64,000 nt of DNA from Gnetum montanum (GCA_015680685.1 MNCI01002315.1:248001-312000); one strand, 5' to 3'. Counted from the stretch's first letter, positions 1 through 14,880 are shown. Notes: generated by a model from the letters alone, not told the origin. Made by a program: numbers and translations.

Positions 1-1203
1 TATTTCTGTATGAATTCTGGATGTAACATTCCTCCCCAATGCTCATGTAAATGTGACAAGATTGGACATTGGCCTTTGGGGTGATCGTACAAGCAAATAT
101 TACATTGATACATATGATTGGTAGTTGAGTTCTTATCCCGATTCTCTTCTACACTTTGTTTCAATTGTTGCGTGGTGTCTTGTCCCGTTTCTCGATTTGG
201 CATAGTTTTTCCTCTAATAATGTTGGCATATTCTCCATATCTTTCATGTACCTAGTCCGTCATCTTATTAATCTTTGCCTCAATTTCATCTAGTGATTGC
301 AGGATTGGCAAAGATGATTCCACCTCCTTGAAGTGAGTTGATTTCTCCTCTTCATGATCATGGACCCTTGTTAAGTTAAGATTTTGGTCCTGTTGAGAAC
401 TTTCAACATTCTCCCATTTGGCTATTTCTCCTTCTTCTTTTGCTATCTACTTAATAAGCTCTTGGAGTTGATGGGTTCATAGCTCATATAGTTGACCTTG
501 GGTGTACATCCCTAGGGTCTTCCTTATTTCATTACGGAGCCCATCTATGATATGGTACATTAGCCTCTCCTCGGAGAACCCATGGCCTGGGTAGTTGTTT
601 AACAGTGCATAATATCTTTCTAAGGCCATGTCCAAGGGTTCATGTTGCGCTTGTTTCCATTCTTGGATTTGTCTCCTCAAGGTTGACACTCTCGCATAGG
701 TTTGATATCTTTCATTGAAGAGTTCTACCATTGTCAACCACCATTGAATTGATTTTGGTTTTAATGACCTATACCATACTTTTTCTTGGCCAACAAGTGT
801 CAAAGGAAAGAGCTTAAGCTTTTGCCACCTATTATCAATATTGTTCCATGTACAGGCATCGTAGAAGGCTTGTAAATGTTGTTGTGGATCTAAATCATAG
901 CCTCCTGAAAACTTGGGAAAGTTGTTTAAATTAAGAATGGGTAGACAACTTTCCTTACGATGCCTGTGGGCTATTCGAACAACCTCTTGTATTTCCGTTA
1001 AGCTTGTAGTGGCTAGTAGGGGTTCATCGTCACTAGATATGTTATGCTTTCATGCGTTGGAATGATGTTGTCTTTGTTTATGTTTATAAGAAACCCCCAC
1101 CTCGGGTTGCATACTCCAATCTTCATTGTCATAATATTCGTTAGTTCTCCAATGAATTGCCTCACTAGATGTGGTATTATTATATTCTTGTAGGAGAGAC
1201 ATG
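1..1203 (-). mobile_element. Degenerate gag of Athila-like Ty3/gypsy element (runs off the window start)
   Basis: Minus-strand translation gives KLFPLTLVGQEKVWYRSLKPKSIQWW (retrotransposon gag core, ORF 477-803) and CNICLYDHPKGQCP (Cx2Cx3Hx4C knuckle) at ~60-105; several stops. Confidence 0.85.
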
Positions 1204-1320
1204 GTTGTAAATTTGTGTGTGATTTAATTACAATTATTATTATTATTTTCCTGAAAGATATATCATCAAGGCTTTGTTACAACGATCTTGTATGATGTAA
1301 CTAATCTAAATAACTAGCAC

Positions 1321-1340
1321 CATCCCCAGCAACAGTGCCA
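1321..1340 (-). promoter_or_regulatory. Primer-binding site of Athila-like element (tRNA-Asp type)
   Basis: Minus strand TGGCACTGTTGCTGGGGATG directly after the LTR end; resembles the Athila PBS TGGCGCCGTTGCCGGGGA. Confidence 0.8.
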
Positions 1341-1341
1341 A

Positions 1342-2231
1342 TGATGAGCAGCGAGGTACCCCTACACTCAACCATACAAATACGAACGTTCACACACGAT
1401 CTAGTCGAACTCCATGGACAGGCTAGTTGTGGTATCTAGATAGTTACACGTTGATCGCAGTTCATTGTCTTCCCACCTGGACTAGTATTTTCTTTGTCAC
1501 GTATGGTTTAGTCCAGAGTGAGGCGTATGATGTGATCCTAAACTACTGCTACTCCTAGAGACAATGGAACATAATCTTAATTAAACTAATGAGTAATAAG
1601 AAATGAGGTCTAAGCTAACCTAAGTGCGATGAGCATCTGTTCCTTAATCATCCATACACATCTTGGACCTCATGCACGACTGCTACTAGGGTTACCAAGC
1701 GTAGATCCTAGGTACACTACTAGGTTACCAAGTAGTCACACTTAAATGCTCGTGATTAAGTCGTACTCATTTCGCATTTAACAACAAGAATAGTAAATGA
1801 TGATAAAGAAATATTAACTAAAATAATAATAAATAACCATAAAAATTAACAATAATAATTAAACAATTAAAACTAAGTGAATGTTGCAATGATGAAGTAA
1901 TCTTGATCTTTATTTCTGGTCATGTGCACGTCCAAATATGTCACACTCGAATAAAGGTGTCGTACAATTACAAGCATCACACTGTGGGCATGCACTGGGA
2001 AAATAATCTAACTCCTATGGAAAAAAATGCAAGAGCTTCGCTACAACTAACTAAAAGGTGCCTAAATGAGGTTGAAGGTCCTCTTATTTATAGGCCAAGA
2101 TAGGCAGCTGCATAAACGGGGCTACGTCGACGCAGGAACGCTACGTCGACGGGGCCGCGTCAACATGACCGTGTATACGGGGCCCCATATACGTAGCCTA
2201 GTCAACGCATCAACTATATAGCGCTTCATCA
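1342..2231 (-). mobile_element. 5' LTR of Athila-like element (LTR family X)
   Basis: TGATGA...TCATCA termini, TATA box (cttatttatagg) near 2085, reverse complement homologous to 41019-41883, followed by PBS and gag. Confidence 0.85.
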
Positions 2232-2544
2232 ACAATGTATAGTGTCACATTCAAAGAAACTAAGTGTAAAATATAAAGGAATGTATCTACATATAGAACC
2301 AAGACATGACAATAACTTTTATTCCCCTATAATTCTTTGAAAATTCATGTTGGCTATATATCTTGAGATATACTTGTGATCAATGTTGTTTCAAGTTCTA
2401 AAACATTTTGGGGTTCAATAAACCCTCCTTTCCTCCCCCTTCTTCAAGTTTCAAAACCCCCAAAATTTTTAGGAGTTTTTGACATATATTCATGTTAAAT
2501 CATCATCTTGGCAACAATATATTTATAAATTAGCAAAAGTTAGA

Positions 2545-3560
2545 AATAAGAAATATAACGACATTGATCATGTCAAATACATCAAGGAGGCAAATGGAAG
2601 AATTTTAGTAAATGACAACAAAATTTTGGATAGGTGGAAATATTACTTTTAAAAAATTATTAAATGAAGAATTTCCAAGAGAAGACATCCAAGAAGAATC
2701 AAAGATGAAAAATGGGAAAGTTGCTAAACCAATAATATTTCTATAGAAGCTTGGAAAGCACTAGGAAATACAAGAGTTTCTTGGCTAACATAATTATTTA
2801 AAAAAAATTCAAGGATAGAGAAATGCCTAATAATTAGAGAAAAAGCATTGTTGTTTCCATTTACAAAAATAAAGGAGATGTGCAAAATTGTGTAAACTAT
2901 AAAGAGATGAAGCTAACAAGCCATACTATAAAACTTTGGGAGAGTCATACAAGAGCATTTTAGACTTAAATCAAAAATATCAAAAAATCAATTTAGATTT
3001 ATGCCAAGAAGATCTACTATAGAAGCTATTTTCTTGATTCAACAATTGATAAAGAAATTCAAAAAATATGAAAGAAATCTACATATGATCTTCATTGACT
3101 TGGAAAAAGCATATGACAAAGTGCCTAGAGATACTATTTGGTGGGCCTTGTAGATGAAAAACATCCCTAATAAATATATTAAACTGATTCAAGACATGTA
3201 TGAAGGAGCTACCACTAAAATTAGAATAGCTTGTGGAACAACATTTGACTTCCTACTCTAAGTAGGTCTACATCAAGGCTTTGCACTTAGCTTGTACTAA
3301 TTTTCCATTATTATGGATGAATTAACAAAGGAAATACAAGATGACATCACTTGGTGTATGCTATTTATGAATGATATTGTGTTAGTGGATATATCTCTAG
3401 AAAATATTACTTCTAAAATGGAGAAGTAGAGACATGTTCTAGAATCAAAAGGCTTAAAAATTAGTAGAGGTAAGAATAAAATATATGGAATGCAATTTCA
3501 ACAATAACATAAAAAGTAGTGAAATAGAAGTGATAATTCAAGGCCAAAAATTCCCAAAAA
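2545..3560 (+). mobile_element. RTE-clade LINE, degenerate reverse transcriptase fragment
   Basis: YKNKGDVQNCVNY, NQFRFMPRRSTIEAIF, LHMIFIDLEKAYDKVPR, VGLHQG, WCMLFMNDIVL motifs with stops and frameshifts; homologous to 54586-55790. Confidence 0.9.
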
Positions 3561-3594
3561 GGGTTCTACTCCTTTTTCTATCCTAGAGATCAAT

Positions 3595-3790
3595 GATAAG
3601 TGGCATAAGTGGTTAAATTATTATATTTTAAGTAAGAGGATGTCAATTCAAGTCATGCTTGAGGAATTCTTATATTTCTATGTAATTTTTTTAATGTAAC
3701 TTGTTGACTATATGTCTTGTGATATGCCTATAATCAAATCATTTTAAGTTTTAACATGTCCTTTTCATATTCAAAGAAGGTTTTTTAAGA
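3595..3790 (+). mobile_element. Old tRNA-derived SINE-like repeat (related copies ~2320-2430, ~4270-4405, ~33313-33450)
   Basis: Box A-like TGGCATAAGTGG, box B-like AATTCAAGTC, and a shared body 'tatatgtct...atcaaatcattttaagttttaaca' seen in the other copies. Confidence 0.45.
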
Positions 3791-4929
3791 TTGATTATTA
3801 GGATAGGGTCAATTTCCTATCCCAAAGCAAATTATTTTGGATTTTGATACCTCCTCTTTTTTCTAGTTTTAGTAGGAAGCTTTTTAAAAATTGATAGTAA
3901 GGGCAAGGATTAATTATTTTCCTTTTCCAAAGTAATTCTTCCCCACCTCCTCTCCATACAACCAACCCCACCACCATCACAAGAGTAGAGGTTTTTAGGA
4001 TTGGTTGTAAGTATCCTTTTCCAACACAAAAGGGGAGGTTTTTAAAGGATTGCTTGTAAGGATGAAAACTTGAAGAGACATTCCCACAACTGTTGAGCCT
4101 TTCCTTTTATGTTGTATTGGAGTTTCACCTCTTTGTTACTCCTTTTTGGTTATTCTCTAAATTTTTTCTTTATAATAAATTTTATTTTTGAGGTCCAAAA
4201 ACCCCATTCCCTATGTGACAATTATGAAATTATGCTAATGAGAAAGGGCTCATTATCTAATAAGGATTTGTAGAGAAAAGGTTGTCAATTCAAATCATAC
4301 TTAAGACACCATTATATTCCTCTATAGCTCTTATAAAATATTATGTTGGTTGTATGTCTCAGGGTGTTCTCAAAGTCAAATTATTTTGGGTTCCAACATC
4401 CCTTGATTATGTGAAGTTATATAAGAATTAAGAGATTAATATAAAGCATTAAGAGATTATGAGATGTTAAGTAACTTGTGATACAACTATAAGTTAAATT
4501 CCTTTTAATGAAGGGGATTGAGCTACTTCTTTGTATAGATTATGCACCACTTGAAGCAAATTAGGAATCATTGTAGTTTCCTAATTTCTTATTTTGGATG
4601 GATTGAATAGAAAGAGGCTTTTAGTCTCTATGGTCCAAAAAGAACAAGAAGAACAAATTTTAAAAAATTGATTTTTATATCCAAGATGCTATGGTGGCAT
4701 GGTGGGTCTATCTTGGTAGTGGATGATGGTCTCAAATCTTGAAAAGATTTAGAATGTGACTATGGCCTAACCACGAGTCTCCTTGAGTTGTGATTGTGAT
4801 CATGATCTCACAGTGAGTGGATTACAAGGTTTTGTGAACCTTGTTGTAATCTTCTAATAAATTAATTGAAGATAGCTAGTTTTCTTGTTTTCTAGCAACT
4901 TATTTTATCTTTGCATAATATCTAGAAAT

Positions 4930-6430
4930 GCATAATATTTAGAAATGCTTCAAGAATTTCATATGTAAAGTCGAAGACTTTTAATGGTGTAGATGGCACC
5001 AATGCTTTTGCAAGTTGGCTAAAGGCACTTACAAAGTCTTTTTAGTTGGAAGAGGTACCAAATAACTTGACGATACATATTACTGAATCTAGATTGGAAG
5101 GTATGGCTTGTACTTGGTGGGAAAAGGAATCTTAGCATTATGAAAGACGAAACAGACAACCTATCAGAGATTGGGATCTAATGAAATATAGGTTGAAGAG
5201 AAAATTTAAGCAGTCTCTTCAGAGATAAGAAACCATTATAAAGTTGAAATTCTTAAGGCCAAGTAACAATGACGTTAAAGAATTTTACATCAAATTTTGT
5301 GATCTATTCCATCAAGCTAAGGTAAATTGGGAGGAGTATGAGCAAGCTTCAATCTTTTTAGGAGGTCTCAGAATGGCATATCAGTAGGAGTTATCCTTTT
5401 ATGAATCATAAACTCTTGATGAGTCTTATGATTTGGCACTCAAGGCTAAGAAGAAATTAGATGGATCTGGAAAATGGAGCAAACAAACTTCTAAGGGGAA
5501 GGAGAAGGGATCTAGATCTAATAAGGGATCCAGATCCAAATTTGAAGACAAGGAGGGCAACCAAGATAAGAATACTGAAAGAGGTGATGATAAGGACAAA
5601 GCCAAGAAGGATCAAGGCAAGGGAGGCAAGGGTCAAGGAAGCAGCTCATCAAAACTACAATGCTTCAAATGTGAAGAATGGAGACATAAGCAATGGAAAT
5701 GTCCATTTTACAAGGCAGCCAAAGGAAAAGATGTGCAAACCATGGAGGTGGAGGAGACATCAAGCCAAGCTCTTCAAAGAGGTAATCCTAATGCTCATTA
5801 AATTAAGGATGTTTCTAAATCAAATTCTTGTGCATTCATGGGGAATGTAAATAAAGGAGATCATCTTGATAGGAAATTTTTGTTTTGGATTAGGGCTAGT
5901 TATTTTCTTAGTTGCAAATGAATTCATTTTTTAATTAATAGGGGAGCCCAAAAAATGTTATTTCTTCTAGGATAGTTGCTAAATTGGGTTTGGTAACTAA
6001 TCTTCATCTAAGACCCTTTACGGTGCATTTGTTTTCTAAATATTTTTCCCAAGATGTAAGGGAATAATGTAATTTGAAATTTAAAATTAGAAGTTTTCAT
6101 GATGTTGTGAAATGTGATGTGCTTCTAATAGATTATGTTGATGTAATTCTTAGTAGGCCTTGGAATTTTAACAATGGTGCTCAGTTTGATGAACCCAAAA
6201 ATGTGTGGAGTGTAGTTAGTCCTAATGGAACCCATGATTTGGTTCCCATGAGAGTTGAACAAGTGATGCAACAAAACTCACTTAATGCTTTCTTAATCCT
6301 TTTAGGAAAGAGAAAATATATTAAGGAAAAATGGTGGACACTTTGAAGAGATTTGAGGGTGAAGTTCAACTTAGTGCTGATTTTGTGCAAGAGATGAGGG
6401 ATCTCCATGCACAAGTAAAATCAAATCTTG
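4930..6430 (+). mobile_element. Degenerate gag-protease of Ty3/gypsy (CRM/chromovirus-like) element
   Basis: RLEGMACTWW gag motif, zinc knuckle CFKCEEWRHKQWKCP (ORF 5433-5801), protease C-terminal motif CDVLLIDYVDVILSRPWNF (ORF 6074-6346). Confidence 0.8.
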
Positions 6431-7965
6431 AGAAGAAGGTTGAACTAAATTAATCTATTTCACTTAATCTTTTTATCCTTTGTGAGTGAATGGAAGGAAT
6501 ATGTGATGAACTAAATTTTTTTCATTTCTAGCCAATGTGGATATCTCAAGGTTCATACCATATTCAAAATAAATAAAGGCTCATCACAAAATCAAAATAA
6601 TAACTTGCATAATGTCATCCCTATCATTGAAATGGAGTGTTATAAGATAACTTAGGATATCATAGGAAATTAGCCAAACTCATGAAATATAATTTATGTG
6701 CAATAAAATAAAAAATTAAAAGTTATTAAGAAGAGATAGAAAAAATTAAGATGAAAGGATGCAACCTTACACAAAAGTTAAAAATTATTTGTGCATCTTG
6801 AAAATAAAGTAGGTAGAAGTTTAAAAAGAAAAAAGAAAAAAAAATATGGAGAAGAAAAGCATGGTAATGTGAAAAAGGATGTGAAACCTATGAAGAAGCA
6901 TGGTGCTCATAGCTCAATGTAAGAAGATGTAAAAAAGTACATAAGCAAAATAGAAAAGTATTTAATGAAAGAAGACATGTATAAATAAGAGTACCCAGAC
7001 AAAATGAGTGAAGATATAAATCATATAAACATAGTCCACAAGCAAGAAGAAACACTCAGGGATAAGAGTATGAATCAATCCTACCTAAAAACTATAGTTT
7101 GTAGAAATATTATTATATTTATATTAAGGATCATGATGAGGATAATATTTGATGCCCTGTAAATAATTTAACACAATTAAAATATTACAAACTATGTATT
7201 ATTATTATTTTAAAACTAACCAGTACCTCCTACATGTTAATTAGTCATTATCCTTTCCAATCCTTAAGAAATAAATTGTAATCAATGATTTAAAATATCT
7301 TGTAAAGAAATAATATGTGAGTTATGGATAGCACTATTCTTCATAATTTCAATATGACATTAGAGTAGATTCAATAAATTTATGCCAAGATAGTTGAATT
7401 TTTTATACACTTATTGTAATTACAACCAAATATTAATTTTCCCTTTACTATATTTTATGTTAGAACATTCAATGTGATTACAAGATCATTCTATCGCTAC
7501 TACAATAACTCAACATGACTACAATATTTTCAACACAACTTCAATCTTAAACATCCCTTTGTTAATGTTGATCTATTCATTACTATGTTTCATTATTGAT
7601 ATCCATCCCTTCATAAACTCTTCACATTTGAATAGTGTAGTTAGGTTATAAGATTAACTAGTGGTCTATAATCTTCAGTTAATTTATGTAATTTGTTATT
7701 TCCATTTAAGTGAGATAATGTATCTTTGTAAAAGATATGTAGAACAAATCTTGAAAGGAAATCTTATGAACATTGATGAAAATTAGAAAGGACAATAATG
7801 AAAGTGGTTCATCATAGACCTAGACTAGCCTAGGATATGAAATCCCATTTTCAATGATGTTTTCTTTTGTACAGTATTATTTTTAGATGATAGCTTAATG
7901 GTAAGAGCCTTGTAATGGAAAGCCCAAGCTACAAATTCAATTTAATGAACAACACTTAAAGTGAG

Positions 7966-8042
7966 GGTAAGGTGCTTATTTCTCAAGTAGTAAGACCTAA
8001 GTTCAAGCTTGGGCTCAAGCACTCAAAAGAGGATAGGCTTTT
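7966..8042 (+). mobile_element. 5' part of tRNA-derived SINE, cut by LTR insertion at 8043
   Basis: GGTAAGGTGCTTATTTCTCAAGT...GTTCAAGC...ACTCAAAAGA matches the SINE at 54756-54905. Confidence 0.65.
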
Positions 8043-11000
8043 TGATGAGGTGTTTAGTGGTAATTTATATATGGATTATAAGTCCTGGATTTAGGAAGTG
8101 TTTCATCTACCTTGTGTTTACAGTCTAGCATGTTCGATTGGGGTTCTTAGTCTTCTAAGATGTATTCTTACCTTCTATATCACACTCTAAGATTATGTGC
8201 ATAATTCTAAGCTCTTTAGGATGATTTTGGCTTCATTCAGATGTCCTTTGATCCTTCCAGTATGTTTCTTTGGGTTATAGCTTTTATTCAACATCAAGGA
8301 TAGAAAGTATGATTTGGGGGGTAGGGATGTTGACTACCCTACACTCCTACGTCAATGCAGGGACATTGAAGCAAGCTTTCTCTAGGCCTAGTTTACCTTG
8401 ATTTATCTTTGGTGTGATTAGGATGGGCTTGAGCTATATTGATGAATGATCGTTGATTCTAGATGCTAACGAACCTCCTTCGTTTCTCCATGAAAATGAT
8501 AAATACCTGGGATGAGCTCTCACACATAACATAGTTATAGCTTAAGCATAAATTGGATTTCATTTAGAGTTTTGATGTTTGGTTTGTGTGAAGATATTTT
8601 TCTCCCTTAGGTAAGTTGATTTCTTTCCTTATTTTGTATGTGTTTTGAGTTGTCAATTTCAATAGTGTGAATAGACTTTGTCAGAGTCCTACCTTGCTTG
8701 TGTAGCCTAAAATTGTTTGGTTGATACAAAGCCTAATTTTTGCATAATGAATAAAGCTTATGGTTTTCCTTATTTCATAGTTGATATCTTAAAGATAAAA
8801 ATAATAAAAATATTTATTTAATTTCTATTTGATTAAGTTGTGATGATTCATTCCTTACGCAAGGAGGTCACAACTCTATGGCATGGTGTTGGACTATTGA
8901 GGTTGTAAAAAAGAGCCATTTTTATTGCATTTTGTATTTGATGTTGCACCTATCCCTAAGAGGGATTGTGTAACGAGCTTGCCCATGTTCCTAAGTGGGA
9001 TTTCAATGCATGCGTATTTATTACTTGTTTCTTATAAAGATAAAATCCATAAAAGTATAAAATATAAAATTCTAAATACTCTCTCATCTTCCTCACCATG
9101 GAAACATGGGCTCTAATTGTACCATATACGATATAATATCTTTAATATTTCTTAAACACAATGAAATACATGAGTGTTCTTACTAATCCACTCAATATCC
9201 TCTTCAAAGCTTATGACTAGATTGCACTACGATTCGTATGATATATTCCATTGATCCAAAACTAGCAAGACCCCTATCATTGGCACCGTTACAAGGAAAA
9301 GTGTTCATGAATTGCCTTGAAATACTTGTACATTCACAATTTTCCTTTTTTTAAGTTGTTGATTTTGTAGGAAATAAGAATTGAAGTAATCATGGCTAAA
9401 TTGAGTGATGAAAATATATTGAAGAAAAAGTCTTAATTGGTTTAAATCACTTTCAAAAACATGGTGAATGAGGTAGCATCTTCTATCATAGTAAAATTTC
9501 ATCAAGACAAACTAGGATGATGGCTGATGCACATGGACAATTTTGCAAAGAACCTAGAGAAGCTACACCTACCACCTTTGAGGAGGCTTTGTCTAATCAA
9601 GACTTCATCAAGTATTTGGTAGATTATGAATCCATGTCTCCCCAACATTCAAAGTATGTTTCTCATAAAAAACAAGAGCTTTGTGATATGATTACAAAGT
9701 AAGAGTATGAGTACATACATGCTAGGAAGCAAACAGGATCTTCTTCTAGACACTTCCATTACAACAACATGAATGATTCTAGGGGAAGATGATCCATGCA
9801 TATTTTTCTATCAGAATTGAGATATACTTGTGGTAATTTGAAGTAGCCATTAGTCCACCTTTTTCTTACCTTCAATTGGATAGAGGTATTGATGGCTTGG
9901 ATGAGCCATTGTTTCCATGGACCTATAAGGGTCAAATTCATGAAGCAATTTGCATCTCACCTAAAAGAATTAAGAAGAGGAAAGTTAGAAAGGTTGATGT
10001 GACTAACATTCCCATATTTAATGGGAAGTTATATGATGATCCCTGACTCCATATTCAAACATTTGTAATCACTTGTGAGGTACAAGGGTTGAATAGTAAG
10101 TGACAAAAACTCTATCTTTTCCCCCACACACTCATTGATTATGCTAGAACATGGTATTAATCTCTTTTACCTAGTTCCATATCTTCTTGGATAGACATGT
10201 TAAAAGCTTTTAATGTCAAATTTCATTCTTATGCATGAGTTGCAAACGTTAGAAAGAAGATAGTAGGATTTATTCATGATACTAGCGAATCATTATATGT
10301 GGTCATAGAACAATACAATTTCTTGTTCAATCAATTTTTAAATCATGGATTTAGCAAACATGACCAATTAATGCACCTGGTAGAAGAACTATAGTTGCAA
10401 ACCCATGAAAGGATGAATATGTATATCAAGGGTGATCTTTATTAGAGGTCTATGATTCAAATTGTTGATATGTTGGATGTTGTAGCTAAATTGGAAGGTG
10501 AATGACATAAGCATACAAATGTATAGAAAGAAAACATAAATTCCTAATGTTATATGAATGTAAATAATGTTGAATATAATATTCAAGCTTCTAATTCTAT
10601 TGATGCCCTTGTTCAGGAAAGCATGAGAACAAAAAAGATTTTGGTAGACCTTGTCAATGTTGTTAATAAGGTTTGTGATGTGCTACATCAAAAGAGAACA
10701 TTAGGTTTCAAGGATTTGGGAAAAAAAATTCATTGAAGCAACTAGAAAAGTTAAAACAAGGAGTAAGAGGCCTTACCATGATTAAATTCCTTATCTTTAT
10801 AATCCATTTTTCTAGTCACAACTTTAACAAGGGATGGAACCAATCCTTTGAGTACGTCCTCTACATCACAAAAACCTTCCTTATGCCATCCTTCTTCCCA
10901 CCATGAAACTTAGTAGGCCACAAACCATATACCTCATGCAATGCCCCATCAATATTGGCCATATCCATCATAACCATCTTCACGGCTACAAGTCCACCAA

Positions 11001-14000
11001 TATCCATCATGGTCATCTATGCCATCATAGGGGGTAATTTTAAATCAACCATAGTGGAAACATGTTTAGTTCCTTAATGCAAGGTACTACCCTCATTTTT
11101 CATCATCATACACCATTGGTAGTACCATAATAGTCATGTTCCTTTCATGGCACAAAATTCATCAGCTCATAGATGGAAGAATTTTTGTAAGAGAAAGAAG
11201 AACAAAAATATCTATGAGGATTCATGCTCACTACCCTTACCATCATCTTCAAAGAAATGAGACCAAGGGGAATATACTTCTAAATAACAAGCTCATCAAG
11301 AAGCTTGTCAAGTGCTAGTTTGAACTTAGTCATGCGAGAAGGGTCCTCCACATAACATCTTTGGTGATATAGTAGGGTTTGTTTGTTGATATGCTTTTTT
11401 ATTTAATGTTTGTTTGTTGTGTATTTATGTATTTTTTTAAAAAATAATAATATATCATTCTCTAATTTTCTTATTATTTTGGTTTGATATTTGTTTTGAG
11501 TATGTTTTTGTGTATACGGAAAATTAATTCATATGCTTTATAAATGCTCACTCAGTAAGCCAATAGTAGATGAGTAAGTTACATTTGTGATGATGATGTG
11601 TGAATGCCAAATAGGTCCAAACTAGAGCCTTGATTGATGTAATTCCCACATAACAAAATTCATCCACTCATTTATCTTCTATCCATCACTGGTGAACTAG
11701 GCTTAGATTCAACAAGAAGCTAGGATTCACACCATGTTTTTGAGGCTATTGCTACTAGAATTGTTAGCAATTTATGGGTCCACAACTTATGGTGTGAACT
11801 CTATAATCTTGGAAGAGTGCTCAATCACTTGTAAAAAAAGGATGTGACATCGAGGATCCTTGTGACCATTGGATGGGTCTAATCAGTATGATTGAACTAA
11901 GGAACATGTGCTATCATGCCTTGTCATCTTGGTCAGAAGAGGTTCATGATCTTATAGACCTGTGTGTGCCATGTGGTGAGGGATGAATTCTCATGTTTGT
12001 GCAAGTTGAAAATTCCAAGTGATGATCTGATACTTAATCATTCCCATGATTTCCATGCATCATCAAAAACTTTCTTCTCATGAAAGAAAAAAGATGAAAT
12101 CTTTAAAAAAATCTAGAACAGAAAAAATGAAAAGAAAATAAGTGAAAAATATAAAAAGAGAACAAAAGCAAAAGAAAGAAAAAATTAAAAGATGAAGAAG
12201 AGGTGATGAAAAGAGCAATGTAACTCCAACCTTATCAATCCACATAAATTGGTATCTTTACCATTCCAAACTAATTTTATAGTTGCTCAAATAAAAATCA
12301 AAATGAGTGGTTGGACCAATAATCATATAAAGTCTATCTCATGTTCAACCTATGGCCTAGATCACTTAACCTACAAATGTAATAGTCCAAGACAATCTCT
12401 CAATCATTCCTACCCATGGTCATGAAGGCCTAGAAGTCTCTCTCTTAGTGAACTTTGGCAATGTCAATTGTTTCTTCCACTTAATTCCTAAATCCATTTA
12501 TTCCTATTTGTAATTTCTATTAAAATTTAGATTAGTTAATGCAACAAAAGAAATCGATAAGGGGTTTTCAATAAAGCCAAATTCAAAGAACCTGCTATGC
12601 ATATGTGTATAAATAAAGGAAAACCAAATTGGAATCTTGACTTCTAGATAATTTATGTCATGTTGTCTTGGTTTAGTTTCACCAATGGTTAGACTGCAAA
12701 ATAATCAAGGCTAGATAGCATTGGTAGCAGTAGGTGTGACCTTACACTTAGAAAAGGGACTTAGAGGTCTATCCCTACTATGTGGATGAGCAGAGATGAA
12801 GGAATGTAGTAGTGGGTCTCTCATAGTGTGTAGTACATGCTTAAGTACTTCCATGAGCTAATTGAATGGTTGGCTAGGGATTTGGTGATGTTGCACTTGC
12901 ACATTCTTTCTCTTGTTCATTATTTATTCTTCATCTCTTTTCTTTCCATTCAGTGCATTGTTGTGTGTGGTAGGAAATTAATCAAGTAAAGTGGAGAATG
13001 AAATTTCATCATCCATGGGAATGGACTTGCATTTGATGTTAATGTTTCACTAGTTATTGGGAATCCATGGATGTCCCATCAATAGGCTTCACAAGATTAA
13101 GAAAGATAGGTGCCTACTATGGGAAGGACCTACTTGTGAATTCTTAGTAACTTGGCATTATGAGTGAGTGAGCTCAAGCTTACCTCCTAGTAATGGTGGT
13201 GGTTACGTGACATAAAGTGCTTTATTGGGCTTCCATTTATATGAGTGTTAATTCTTAGAGCTTCAAGGTTTGATCATGACAATCTTTTTTTCAGCTTACC
13301 TTACTTTTCCCTATTTGTTTGACCTTGGGGTACTCTATTTATTTACCATTTTTCTAACCCCATTAGTTTGGATGCCACCTAGGATAATATTTTTATGTTT
13401 TAGTATTCTTGTTCTCTTTTGTGGCTTGTTTGATTTGATCCTTAATTGGATTCTTGTAATTTTCATGAGCATTTGTTCTTCTTGTTCTTTCCATTTGCAT
13501 TTTTCATGTGGTTCAAGCTAGGTGTCTTGTAACCTAGTTGTGGAAAAGAGACATTAATTTGGGTATGTACTTTATAATTTTAGTGGTTATTTAAATTATT
13601 TCCACCTTATTTTTAGTTATGATTATATTCCTCTTGTGTCCTAGGGATTATACTTATCATTGTTCCTATGGCCATTTTTTGCAATGGTAGTATAATGCCT
13701 TGGGGATCTTACTTGATTTTTAGCATTTTCATAACTCATCATGTTTTAGCAGGAGAATCGTTGTTCTCGAAAGAATAGGAAGAATAACATCAATCATCAA
13801 ATCTAGTACCTATATGTCAGAAACCTTTCTTAAGAGAGAGATTTGCAGGTCATGCTATTGATCTTTTCAGTTGAGCACTTACCCTTTCAAGATCTTCCTA
13901 ACAAGTATCAAAGAAGATGGTAGGAGCTTGTATGAAGATGGATGACATGGAAAAAGATGTAGATGAAAATGATGTAAAGCAAAGACCTATCCTTCTGACT

Positions 14001-14880
14001 TCTTGCTATTCCATGTAGGCATGTTAGGGCAATTTGCTTCTTTACCATCATCCCTTAGTACTTCTCAGTGAGGTAGCTTGTATTGTAATGTAGTTAGGGT
14101 CTATATTGTACATTTGTAAATTCAAGCATTGATCTTGTTATGGGTCTAGTCCTTATTTTTATGTCTTGAGTTTTAAAGCTATGAAACTAGCTCTACTCAG
14201 TCATGGGGATATTATGAGGCATCCAATGGTAATTTGTATGTCAATTATAAGCCTTGGATTTAGAAAGTATTTCATATATCATGTGTTTGTAGTCTAGTAT
14301 GTTCGATTGAGGTTCTTAGTCTCCCAAGATGTATCCTTACCTCCAATGTCACACACTGAGATTGTGTGCATGATTCTAAGCTCTTTAGAAGGATTCCAAC
14401 TTCATTCAAATGTTCTTTGATCCTTTTGGCATGCTTCCTTGGGTTCTAGCTTTCATCTAGGATCAAAGGTAGAAAGTGAGATTTGGGGGAGGAGGGGTTT
14501 ACATTGACTACCTTGCATCAACACACCCTCTATGTCAACATAGGGATGTTAACACATCCTTCTCTAGGCCAAGTTTGCCTTGGTTTATCTTCAGTGTGTC
14601 CAGGATTAGCTTGGGCTATGTTGATGGATCTTTATTGATGCCTAGACATTAACAAACCTTCTCTATTTCTCCATGAAAACTATAAATACCCAAGACAAGC
14701 TCTCACACATAACTTAGTCATAACTTAAGCATAATTTGAATTTCATTTTGGCTTTTGGTATTTGATTTGTGTGAAGAGCTCTTCCTCCCTTGGGAAAGTT
14801 GATTTCTTTTCTTATCTTGTGTGTGTTTTGAGTTGTTGCTTTTACAAGTATGGCTAGACTCTATCAAAGTGCTACCTTGC
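8043..14880 (+). mobile_element. Athila-like LTR element 'A' without pol: 5' LTR 8043-9279, PBS at 9281, gag ~9517-10740, partial 3' LTR 14212-14880
   Basis: 8043-8700 repeats at 14212-14880; LTR ends ...CCTATCA then TGGCACCGTT (PBS); gag motifs DDPDSHIQTF and LFPHTLIDYARTWY; GGGGA PPT-like tract before 14212; no RT or integrase motifs seen. Confidence 0.8.
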
